Assembly (NCBI RefSeq): GCF_001194135.2
Contig: NC_068983.1
Location: forward strand, 126,685,153 to 126,722,524
DNA: 37,372 nucleotides
Direction of reading: 5' to 3'
From: Octopus bimaculoides
Taxonomy: Eukaryota
Shown: one piece after another, positions 1 to 9,939 of the stretch
How the letters are laid out: the number at the start of each line of letters is the position of its first letter
Numbering within the stretch: position 1 is the first letter of the stretch
Made by a program: the position numbers and the translations under genes
The notes under the pieces: generated by a model
What the model was told of the DNA's origin: nothing
Seen by the model: only the letters and a program-made list of their open reading frames with translations
Database searches by the model: none

Positions 1-115
1 TATATATATATATATGTACATACATATATACGTACATACATACATACATGCTTACATACATACATACATGCTTACATACATAAAACAAATATACATTCAT
101 ACATATACGTAGGCA
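1..115. repeat. (TA)n/(TACA)n microsatellite
   Basis: tatatata followed by tacatacatacata arrays, read directly. Confidence 0.9.
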
Positions 116-575
116 TGATTTTTTTTTATAGAACTGAGGGTAATGAAATATTATACTATTCATATGTTTCGGGCAATAAGAGGAAAACGAAATAATGTCA
201 TTGAAAACTCCTTGAAAACTTTGTTGTACACCTGGTTCCTCGCCTTGTCTGATAAAGTAAACGTTTCTCATGAGTCTCTCTTTCTTATTCAAATAGGAAA
301 TAAATCATTGTTTTTAATAACAGCATCACAAGAGTATTTAAACGAGAATCAAATGTAAATTACTTGATAGCTTTGAGATCTTTGTATACGTGAGGAGAAT
401 TGAATCATATATTTTAAACAATAGTCTGTTTCATTTCCACAAGGATGCACACAAGACAAAATATTATTTTTTTCTATTCTTGGTATCAGATAATGAATCA
501 CATTTGTTGTTGTAATTTTAATCCTAGCACCGATTCTTCTGCGGCCATGTGATAATTCATTCCTCTTTTATGAAC

Positions 576-858
576 ATGGAAAATGCTCCAGAACCACACA
601 GTAATTTGTTTTTTTTTAAATATTAAAACAAATACCTATTTAGTATGTTAATCGTTTTCCAGCTCGCCAGTACATTTTAAATGTATTGGTTCACGAAAAT
701 AGAACATGCCCTAACCCATTTTAGTTTAGTTTAGATGTTGCTGAGTCAGATACCGATACCAATTTTTGGGCAACTAGAAAACGATTGACATACTAAAGAG
801 GTATTTCTTTTAATATTAAAAAAAAAAAATTACTGTGTGGTTCTTGAGCATTTTCCAT
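576..858. mobile_element. Non-autonomous element with ~85-bp imperfect inverted arms (MITE-like, possibly PLE-derived), right end abutting (TA)n
   Basis: 576-662 (atggaaaatgctccagaaccacacagtaattt...gtatgttaatcgttttcc) is the reverse complement of ~774-858 (aaaacgattgacatac...ttactgtgtggttcttgagcattttccat), with few mismatches. Confidence 0.8.
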
Positions 859-877
859 ATATATATATATGTATATA

Positions 878-1345
878 NNNNNNNNNNNNNNNNNNNNNNN
901 NNNNNNNNNNNNNNNNNNNNNNNNNNNNNNNNNNNNNNNNNNNNNNNNNNNNNNNNNNNNNNNNNNNNNNNNNNNNNNNNNNNNNNNNNNNNNNNNNNNN
1001 NNNNNNNNNNNNNNNNNNNNNNNNNNNNNNNNNNNNNNNNNNNNNNNNNNNNNNNNNNNNNNNNNNNNNNNNNNNNNNNNNNNNNNNNNNNNNNNNNNNN
1101 NNNNNNNNNNNNNNNNNNNNNNNNNNNNNNNNNNNNNNNNNNNNNNNNNNNNNNNNNNNNNNNNNNNNNNNNNNNNNNNNNNNNNNNNNNNNNNNNNNNN
1201 NNNNNNNNNNNNNNNNNNNNNNNNNNNNNNNNNNNNNNNNNNNNNNNNNNNNNNNNNNNNNNNNNNNNNNNNNNNNNNNNNNNNNNNNNNNNNNNNNNNN
1301 NNNNNNNNNNNNNNNNNNNNNNNNNNNNNNNNNNNNNNNNNNNNN
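878..1345. other. Assembly gap flanked by (TA)n
   Basis: N-run. Confidence 0.99.
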
Positions 1346-1351
1346 ATATAT

Positions 1352-1640
1352 ATATGGGAGAATTTACGAAAAACAAACAACAAACGAAGACAGGTGGTGT
1401 AAACAACAAATGGATGTATTAGTTTAACGCTCGGGAATAGAGAAAGTCTTTGACGCTTCGAGCTACGCTCTTCAACTGAAAGGAGCACAGAAAGAAATAA
1501 GGAGAGAAACAAGGAGAAAAATAAATATGAATGTAGTGGTCAGCAATCTATCATGGCGAATGCCGGGCAGAAGGTCCAAACAGGAGAGCTAAGAAAAAGG
1601 GGAGATAACAAAGGAGAAAGAAGTTGTGAACCCAAATACG
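1352..1640 (-). mobile_element. PLE-type terminal repeat fragment with degenerate minimal hammerhead motif (~1447-1484), ending at (TA)n
   Basis: Minus strand reads CTTT-CAGTTGA-A-GAGC-GTA-GCTC-GAAG-C-GTC-AAAG: stems I and II pair, core has substitutions. The inner boundary (1640) is approximate. Confidence 0.55.
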
Positions 1641-1644
1641 AGAA

Positions 1645-1825
1645 GCTAGTCGAACAAATCGACCATAGCCTTATTTTAACGATAATGTTTTGCTAAACCG
1701 CTAAGTTACAGGGACATAAACACACAAGATTCAGTTGTCGAGTGATGGTGGGAGAACAAACCCAGACACAAATAATAAACACATCCACACATACGCGAAC
1801 ACTCACAATCGCACACGCACATACA
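1645..1825. mobile_element. SINE fragment with CA-rich tail
   Basis: gtcgaacaaatcgacc...aaaccgctaagttacagggacataaacacac...gatggtggg resembles a common cephalopod SINE segment (recalled, not searched). Confidence 0.5.
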
Positions 1826-1929
1826 GATAACAATGGGTGTACCCCAAATACACTAGAATTGTGCAATAGTAATGTATGAATCTTTTTTCCTACTTTGTTG
1901 AGATGCCTCTTTCTATCATTAGGATAAAA

Positions 1930-1963
1930 TAACTCGGCATTTTTGACAGTACGGGCATACTAG
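1930..1963 (+). mobile_element. Putative Helitron 3' terminus
   Basis: ...gacagtacgggcataCTAG|t; a CTAG end followed by T is typical of Helitrons; the 5' arm of the subterminal hairpin is degenerate. Confidence 0.35.
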
Positions 1964-1988
1964 TATATATATATATATATATATATAT

Positions 1989-2721
1989 NNNNNNNNNNNN
2001 NNNNNNNNNNNNNNNNNNNNNNNNNNNNNNNNNNNNNNNNNNNNNNNNNNNNNNNNNNNNNNNNNNNNNNNNNNNNNNNNNNNNNNNNNNNNNNNNNNNN
2101 NNNNNNNNNNNNNNNNNNNNNNNNNNNNNNNNNNNNNNNNNNNNNNNNNNNNNNNNNNNNNNNNNNNNNNNNNNNNNNNNNNNNNNNNNNNNNNNNNNNN
2201 NNNNNNNNNNNNNNNNNNNNNNNNNNNNNNNNNNNNNNNNNNNNNNNNNNNNNNNNNNNNNNNNNNNNNNNNNNNNNNNNNNNNNNNNNNNNNNNNNNNN
2301 NNNNNNNNNNNNNNNNNNNNNNNNNNNNNNNNNNNNNNNNNNNNNNNNNNNNNNNNNNNNNNNNNNNNNNNNNNNNNNNNNNNNNNNNNNNNNNNNNNNN
2401 NNNNNNNNNNNNNNNNNNNNNNNNNNNNNNNNNNNNNNNNNNNNNNNNNNNNNNNNNNNNNNNNNNNNNNNNNNNNNNNNNNNNNNNNNNNNNNNNNNNN
2501 NNNNNNNNNNNNNNNNNNNNNNNNNNNNNNNNNNNNNNNNNNNNNNNNNNNNNNNNNNNNNNNNNNNNNNNNNNNNNNNNNNNNNNNNNNNNNNNNNNNN
2601 NNNNNNNNNNNNNNNNNNNNNNNNNNNNNNNNNNNNNNNNNNNNNNNNNNNNNNNNNNNNNNNNNNNNNNNNNNNNNNNNNNNNNNNNNNNNNNNNNNNN
2701 NNNNNNNNNNNNNNNNNNNNN
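1989..2721. other. Assembly gap flanked by (TA)n
   Basis: N-run. Confidence 0.99.
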
Positions 2722-2818
2722 NTATATATAACAGGGATTCTGTCCGTTTATTTGTTTGTTTGCCCATAAAGTGAAAATAAATGGTTGAAGGGAGCCAGCA
2801 CTAATTATGCACAAAACT

Positions 2819-3014
2819 ATGACGAAATGTATTCAGGCAAATATTCTCACTGGTTGTGGTAAATGTGATACCGTCTGCGTTCTCGCATACCAGTTATACC
2901 ATCTAATGTCCCGTTCATATTTAAGCCCTTATGGTTTCCTATCCCACTTTCGCCATGATCATTAATAAAATTCAGGGCCAAACACTGTAAGCTGCTGGAG
3001 TGCAACTTGAAGAA
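2819..3014 (+). pseudogene. Helitron RepHel PIF1-helicase C-terminal fragment (2 frameshifts, 1 stop)
   Basis: MTKCIQANILTGCGKCDTVCV / RIPVIPSNVPFIFKPLWFP / FAMIINKIQGQTL*AAGVQLEE matches the Helitron pattern IEATILTG..G..VFIPRIPLIP....F.FKRLQFP....FAMTINKSQGQ.L. Confidence 0.85.
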
Positions 3015-3805
3015 CAAACAGAAAATGAAACCCATCTTTTTTTCTACTTCAATTATTACCGCAGCTTGGAAAGTATGTATAAGTCATTTAAAAACAGACA
3101 AAACCGTTAAATTCACTTCAGCATTTACATTTAATTATAAACACCTTCCACGCTGCAATATATAGATATTATATGTATAATATATGCATACAGGACGAGT
3201 GAACCTACATTTGACTGACAGGATACAGCATTTGTATTTATATTAGACTATTACATACTGTTGCACTTCCCTCCATCGCTGTAATATAGCGTCGGAATTT
3301 CAGCACTATCATTGACAGGACACAGCATTTTTAATTTCATTTCACTATTACTTACTGATATTCCTAATTTTAAAAAAAATGTCTCCTAAAAAGAACCGTA
3401 AAGAAAAACCGAACACCGGACAAAAGCACGAGCAGCTGAAAACGAGGAAGAGACGTGGAAACCTAAATCTGTAGTCCTAGTCTCACTCTGGTTCAGATTC
3501 GAAACTGAATCTTTCATTTCTTCTTGGGCGTACGGCCTATTCAAATGTCAACAGAAATCATGACAAATGAGTCTTCCACTTCACCTGTGGTCTTCTCAGT
3601 GCCATTACAGTGTCACCGGGATTTCCTAAAGCTATTCTTCTAGATTCACTCACGATATACCGCCTATTCAAACATGAGAAGGAACAATGACAAATGGATG
3701 TTCCACTTGATCTGTAGCCTTTTCAATGCCATCGCAGTCATTTGGATTCCGTAAATCTATTCTTCTATATAATACACCCATATTTTTTAGCTTCTCGGTT
3801 CTGAT

Positions 3806-3865
3806 ATGAGCATTAATAAAAGTCAGAGCCAACCACTAAAAGTTGCTGGACTGCAACTTGAAGAA
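3806..3865 (+). pseudogene. Second copy of Helitron helicase motif
   Basis: MSINKSQSQPLKVAGLQLEE. Confidence 0.8.
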
Positions 3866-4106
3866 CAAACAGAAGTTCGTAAATGAAATCCATCTTTTTT
3901 CTACTCCAATAATTACGTGTTTTCTCTTATATAATACACACTTCCAGGACGAGTAAACTTAAATCTGACTGGCAGGACACAGCATTCGTAATTTTATTGG
4001 TCTATTACTTACTGTTGCCTTGCCTTCAATCCCTTTAGTATATCGTCGAAATTTCAGCACTATCGCTGACAGGACACAGCATTCGTAATTTCATTTCATA
4101 TATATA

Positions 4107-4665
4107 AAGTAATTAAAGAAGGAAAACGCACACACTTTGAATAGTTTTAATATAATTCTTAATATATCTTATATTCTGTTTGTCGAAGGTTTCGCTTTCG
4201 CTAATCATGACATTCAGATTTAATTAAATACGTATTTTCTTAAAAACAAATTTTGTCCATCTTGTGCGTGGAGTTTTGAATGAATGATTCAACAAGTAGA
4301 AAAATCTAAGGGGAAGTAATTGATTATCGTTATTATTGTGGACGGGGGAGATAATTGTTCATTATTCGGTGGGGATATATATACAGAAAAATTCAAAAAC
4401 TAGAGTAATCTGGAGAAATATGTACAGTGATGGGTATGTAATCGTGAATTAAAATATGAATGGAGATGAAAGCTGGTTATGCGTACATATTTAGACGTGT
4501 TCTGTATTTTTCGATGAACAAATTTTCTTTATTTAAACGTTCTTGTAAAGAAATTGTATCTTTACACTTGTAGAAGAAGAAAACTGTGAAATTTGGTTTG
4601 ATATTACTTGCACATCTCTCTATGTGTTCCCTTAAAGGTATGTGTCTGTGTTGCGGGAACCGGAT
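4107..4665 (-). mobile_element. Penelope-like element 3' end: GIY-YIG C-terminus, 3' UTR, hammerhead-like motif (4181-4212), tail ending at (TA)4
   Basis: Coding remnant at 4477-4662. Minus strand at 4181-4212 reads TGTC-ATGATTA-GC-GAAA-GC-GAAA-CCT-TC-GACA. Confidence 0.7.
4477..4662 (-). pseudogene. C-terminal part of PLE GIY-YIG endonuclease
   Basis: Open frame RFPQHRHIPLREHIERCASNIKPNFTVFFFYKCKDTISLQERLNKENLFIEKYRTRLNMYA*; the EHI..C / FYK / R..KE..FI.KY...LN pattern is typical of PLE GIY-YIG ends. Not in the ORF track because it lacks a start codon. Confidence 0.7.
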
Positions 4666-4666
4666 G

Positions 4667-4687
4667 GATAGATAGATAGATAGATAT

Positions 4688-4734
<47 letters not shown>
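4667..4734. repeat. (GATA)n microsatellite
   Basis: Read directly. Confidence 0.98.
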
Positions 4735-6721
4735 TGGTTGAATGAAATTTGGTAAAAGGCTTGTAGTATGCTATGCAAAGCTTGGCCGTAGTTATTGGCT
4801 CATGGATGTCATCTTTCTTTAGACGATTATTTTGAATAATTCCTTAGTTGGATCATACTGTCATTTCACTCCTGAGAAGAATGGACATCCAAAGGAGTGT
4901 GCCATTTTCCCAGCAATTTGCAGACAAAACTATGCCCATAGATATAGTGACTGACAAAGCAGAAGTTTAATCAAAATACAAAATCCAATAATAAAGAAAC
5001 AAGCACAGACGTTAACAGCCGTTAACTCTAAATTATAACATTATCTCCATGGTCAGTTAATTCAGAAGAAAATGAAAAGGCAAAATGAAGACTGAAATTA
5101 AGCGTGTAGAGATGTTAATGTGATAAAATAATTAGACTGACCATTTTCGTGTTTACTTGAAAGGGATCTAACGTATTTTCTGCATGTTGCAATGAAACAT
5201 CTTTTTACATACAACACCAAAAACTGTCCCTATGCAAAGTTAATTAATGAATGTCTAGTGCTTATATCCCTTTTAGAAACGTTTAAGAGAATAAATTAGT
5301 AGGTAAGCAGAAAATGCTTCTATATAACCCCCTGCCTCTTTTAATGGAAATGGTCAGTATTAATCAGCTTATCATATTATTATCTGTATTCGTTTAATAT
5401 AATTTTTAATTTTGTCTTTCACTTTCTTACTGATTCTCTAATCATAAAGATGGAATTATAATTCATATTTATCTTCACATGAGAGAATTTCTTGTGCATG
5501 TTTCTTTGTTTATGTGTTTTGTATTTCGATTATACTGGTGTTTTGTCTGTGACTCACAGTTTCTATGAGTTTAGTTTTGTCTTCACAGAACTGGAAATAG
5601 CACATTGCATTATTCATATATATATTCAAATGACAGTATGGTCTAACAAAAAGCGTATTGGAAATAATCACCTACAGAAACATTTACACCGCTAATTGAT
5701 GCTAGCGTCTACGCAACATGTTAATTATATTTAACCTATATACTAGGGTTATAACAATGTGTAGAAGAAACAATTGTAGTGATATGAAATAAAGAATGTC
5801 ATTCAATCCATTTTCTTTTATTCATCTTTCTATATTTATGCATGTTTGTGTGTGCGCAGTGGGCTACGAATGTATCACGATGTCTTCGTTAACAGGAAAT
5901 ATGCTTGGCGTCATCGTTTCATGGCAGTTGAATAATATTCCATAGATTCACGAAAAATATTGTTAATGTGTTTTTTTTACAACCTATTACATGTTTACAT
6001 CTGTTGAGGTTCATATTATTTAAGGTAATAATGTATTTGACAAAAACGAAACATAATATAGCACTTCCAAATATTAATATTATGCAACCTACGAACTTAT
6101 AAATTTTCAAGACCTATCTTCCAATATGTGAACAAAAAAAATATGCAAAATAGTGAACTATATATCATGGGGTTTCTATTACCTTGTACTTCTCGTATAA
6201 TTAATTTGTTCAGCATGATAAACACGACTCTTTACGTGTATTATGGTTAAGTAAACTGTTCCTAACAATGTTTAATTAAACTAAACATAGGCAAATGTGA
6301 TGTTTCAAAAATTGATAAAAGGAAAACATGGAGGAAATATCAATCATTGCAGATTCTACATTAATTAAACATTTTAAACAAGTAATGTAGTGAGACACCA
6401 TTTCTGGTGCTGAAAACACCTAACAGTTTTGTACAGCGACGTATTTGGAATATGATTTGATCATAGTAGTAGAATTAAGCATTATACAATGATGGAATAA
6501 ATTTAGTCATATATTGCTTTTTAATTACACAACTCCTAATTCTAGCCAGATGTTATTGCAGTTGGTGTGTTCTGATTGAATTTTTACACCACAGTATTTG
6601 CATGTTATCTCTCGTTTTACGCAATTCAACCTTCCATTTACTGCATTTTCCCTCACAGAACTATCGCAATGCGCGTGCTTGTTGGTGTATGTATTAATCA
6701 TAAATACAAGTCAAAGTCTAA

Positions 6722-6975
6722 ATAAAACGAGGTAGCAATGCTACAAACATCTTGATCATAGTTTCTGTGTTGAGGCTGCAGGATACCTATGGGATTGGTG
6801 TGAGAACTGTTTATGGTATTAATATGCATATTGAAAATTTGTTGCCATTGTTTAAGTCCAGAGATTCTAAAATGCATTTGAGTGTTAAGAAAATTGCCAA
6901 GATGGTGTGAGTGAGCAGCGTCAATGTAATGGTGGGTATGTATTTGCTACCATGACAATGGAAAAATCATCCTAT
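6722..6975 (+). pseudogene. Possible pogo/Tigger (JRK/CENP-B-like) transposase N-terminal HTH remnant
   Basis: Across frameshifts: EVAMLQ / HLDHSFCV / LQDTYGIGVRTVYGINMHIENLLPLFKSRDSKMHLSVKKI / EQRQCNGG...MTMEK, resembling KVELL.KLD.GVSV..L..EYG.G.TT.YD.K...KLL.F; very diverged. Confidence 0.35.
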
Positions 6976-6990
6976 GAGTAGCGTAGATTA

Positions 6991-7347
6991 TCAGGTCATC
7001 TCATAAGTTCTGTCCGAATTTTGAATGAAGGAAAGCAAGTGATCAAAAGTTATAGTTAATTGAAATTTAATCATCAATATACTTTTTCCTGATTACCTAT
7101 GACTTCATTCCATGTATTTACAAGCTTTATTAATCCCATCAATGTAAAATTCCTTTGATTTCAAAGCGAAGAACTCTGAAATGTCAGTTTCGACCTCCTC
7201 TTGGCTTGCGAAAGTTGTCCCTCAAATGATTCTGTAAACTACGAAACAAATTGTTGTCTGAGGAAGCAAGGTCGGAAGAATAAGGTGGATGAGAAATTTT
7301 TCCCAACCAAACTCTTCAATATTCTGTGATGTGATCTTTGCAGTGTG
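6991..7347 (-). mobile_element. Mariner element 3' part: transposase C-terminus plus TIR
   Basis: HTAKITSQNIEEFGWE / HPPYSSDLASSDNNLFRSLQNHL / GTTFASQEEVETDISEFFALKSKEFYIDGIN / KLVNTWNEVIGNQ. The end reads TA|tcaggtcatctcataagttctgtccg, with TA at 6989-6990. Confidence 0.9.
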
Positions 7348-7499
7348 GAGTCGCTAACAGATATTACGTTTGTTAGATGATCTGGTGTGAAGGATCTATC
7401 AATTATGATTGGTGAATAAAATTCGCTTCAGTTGATGAATGCCAACGCAGACATTCTTCTCGTATATAGTAGAATTGACTCTTAAATTATAGATATAGT
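7348..7499 (+). repeat. 152-bp direct repeat, copy 1 (copy 2 at 8379-8530)
   Basis: gagtcgctaac...ttatagatatagt; about 9 substitutions between copies by eye. Confidence 0.9.
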
Positions 7500-8378
7500 A
7501 AGATCGCTTCAAGTGTTAATGCGGAATCTTGATATTTCCAAACAGAATGTGTTTAGTGAAAGAAAAACAGTCCCACAGACTAGGAACGTGCGAGTATAAC
7601 AATCGAAAAACTTATTTGGTTTCTCCATGATGGGAATCTGAATGGTGAGTATGTGTAATGTGCAAATGAAATTGCATGAGATTGGCAATTTATATTTAGA
7701 AGCATATCAAAATGAGATTTCGAGAAGTTTTGTGACGACATCACAATGGAACATGCTAACAGGTTCAGATTAAACAGGCACCAGGTTTATGAAAGAACAA
7801 AGACGTGGGAGTAACCTTAATATTTTCCCAGTAGTATATTGTGCAGCTAGAAAGGGCTGTATTGCCACCGAGTTTGCCGTATAATTGTTTCTAATGTAGA
7901 AACAATCCTAACATTTTTTAAGCATTGCGTTCTAAATTCAGAACGCAAAAAGCTAAAGCAATGAGGTTTTGTAACGTTTCTGAAAATCAGAAGCTTTGAA
8001 GATTACGATAGATATGAGATAATTGTTCAGTGCCAAAATTGATTTAATTCTGCATTTCTGTAATGTAAACGAAATATCCTTTTTTTTAACAATTCTTTTA
8101 CAGTATATTTGCAATCAAACTGCGCATACCGTATTCAAGCATAAATCACAAAATGAAATGTATGAGAGATGCAACGAAGCTGATACAAGCTGATTTCAGC
8201 TGAAAAATAACACATGAATGCTTGGGCCTGATACTTCGCTAATACCCCTGTTAATGTAAAAATAAAATCGACATTAAAAGATGGTTGATATAAACTGTGA
8301 CAATACATGATATTAAGGAATTCACCCGAGAAAAATGTATCCAATGAACTCCATGAACGATAGAAGAGAGTTCTTAAT

Positions 8379-8530
8379 GAGTCGCTAACATATGTTACGT
8401 CTGTTAGATGATCTGGTGTCAAGGATCTATCAATTATGATTAGTGAATAAAATGCGCTTCAGTTGATGAATGCCAACGCAGACATTCTTCTCGTGTATAG
8501 TAGAACTGACTCTGAAATTATAGATATAGT
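8379..8530 (+). repeat. 152-bp direct repeat, copy 2
   Basis: As above. Confidence 0.9.
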
Positions 8531-9554
8531 CGCGAATTATCTAAATAGTAATGACCGCTATGATGATTAAGTAGATGTCAGTGACAGTAGATGAAACATT
8601 CAAGTTAATATTTAATTGACGTAAATCAAAGGCGAAGATATAGAATTATCGAATTTCAGTGAACTTACGGCCATTTGTTTCAATAATCACTCAACAAATT
8701 GGGAACGAAGTGACGTAATTAACAAGAATAAAAAAAAACAATACCATGTTTAACAGTGATATTAGTGTCTTTGAGACTAATGGCGTATCCATTTCCTCAA
8801 CAGGGGCGTTAATTAAATATCATCTTGTTCTTCGTTGCCATCCTTATCAATTCAACATTATGTTTCATAAGATCGCAGACCCACTCAAATCGATTTGTGT
8901 ACAAACGACGATATTACTCTAAAATTACAAAAAAAAAAAAAACTCCGACGACAGCACCCGCAAATGATATGACATCCCACAAATAATAATTGCTTTATCC
9001 AACTTGCACCATTAAAATAGGATAAAAAAAAAGATCTCATGCTATCTCTATATCAGAAACTCTCTCTACAACGCTACTACTCAATCTCCGGTTTCCTATA
9101 TGCCACGCGTACAATTATGAGTCAGCTCACTTGGTAAGTGACAACGTACCGTGTCTTCTACCAAAGAAATTCAGTCATGCTGAAGCTACTCTCAGTTTGA
9201 TTACTACAGTAACACCATTGCTTGCATCAATAATGCTAGACGGGCCACATCCTCCCCTCATCTCCAGAGACAACAAAAAGAAACCAATGGGAATAAAGAA
9301 TAATTGCAACCATAAAAAATAATTGCAACACAACTACCGAGACTCCAGACATCAGTTGCTCTCTAACCAAGAAAACTCGTTTTTAATCATAATATTCCTG
9401 GTAACAAACATCCAGAAAAGCATTTTAACTATAACACAATTCCTCTCAAATGTACGATAGAAATAAGATGATATATTTTTGAACGGTGGATTGCAGTTAG
9501 AACAGCAGAAATGCTAGGTAAATTACCCTTTCAAGGAGGAAAAATGTGTCAGCA

Positions 9555-9626
9555 ACCAGCCACGGGATTCGAACCCGTATACCTCAAAGACACCGGCTTA
9601 TTGCTTTACCATTAAGCTAAACTGCC
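9555..9626 (-). pseudogene. tRNA-like 72-mer (tRNA pseudogene or tRNA-derived SINE head)
   Basis: A box TAGCTTAATGGTA and B box GGTTCGAATCC. D stem GCTT/AAGC and T stem ACGGG/CCCGT are perfect; anticodon arm and acceptor stem are imperfect. Confidence 0.7.
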
Positions 9627-9682
9627 ACATCTGACGCTAAATAATTTAGCTTTTATAGAACAAACATGTCTGAATGGAACAA

Positions 9683-9838
9683 CTATGTCTGTATAAATGT
9701 AAAAATACAAATACTCGATTTTTTATTAGAAGCGTCAAAATGTGTATCCTACGATACAAATAAGACGCTAATACACATTTTGATACATCTAATAAAAAAA
9801 AAACTAATATTTGTTTGTTTAAATTTGTATACACATAG
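9683..9838. repeat. Imperfect fold-back palindrome (~65-nt arms, ~23-nt loop)
   Basis: 9683-9747 ctatgtctgtataaat...ttttattagaagcgtcaaaatgtgtat pairs with 9771-9838 atacacattttgatacatctaataaaa...tttgtatacacatag. Confidence 0.8.
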
Positions 9839-9939
9839 CTTCTCAAATGGTTTTAAATCACAACTCTTCTTTTACAAGAGCGTTCAGAATGTCCCCTTGC
9901 AGCAATGCAAAACCTCCATCACATTTTGATGTATGTACA

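Larger units (their letters stand above)
2722..4098 (+). mobile_element. Non-autonomous Helitron-derived block with internal duplications
   Basis: Starts tatatataacagggattctgtccgtttatttgtttgttt, a Helitron-like 5' end with GTTT repeats. Contains two PIF1-helicase remnants and repeated internal segments (3190-3350 vs 3946-4098; 3535-3660 vs 3663-3780). Confidence 0.7.

Noticed and set aside
4830-4950. Cys-containing frame GSYCHFTPEKNGHPKECAIFPAICRQ
   Set aside because: Short and ends in a stop; no family was recognised.
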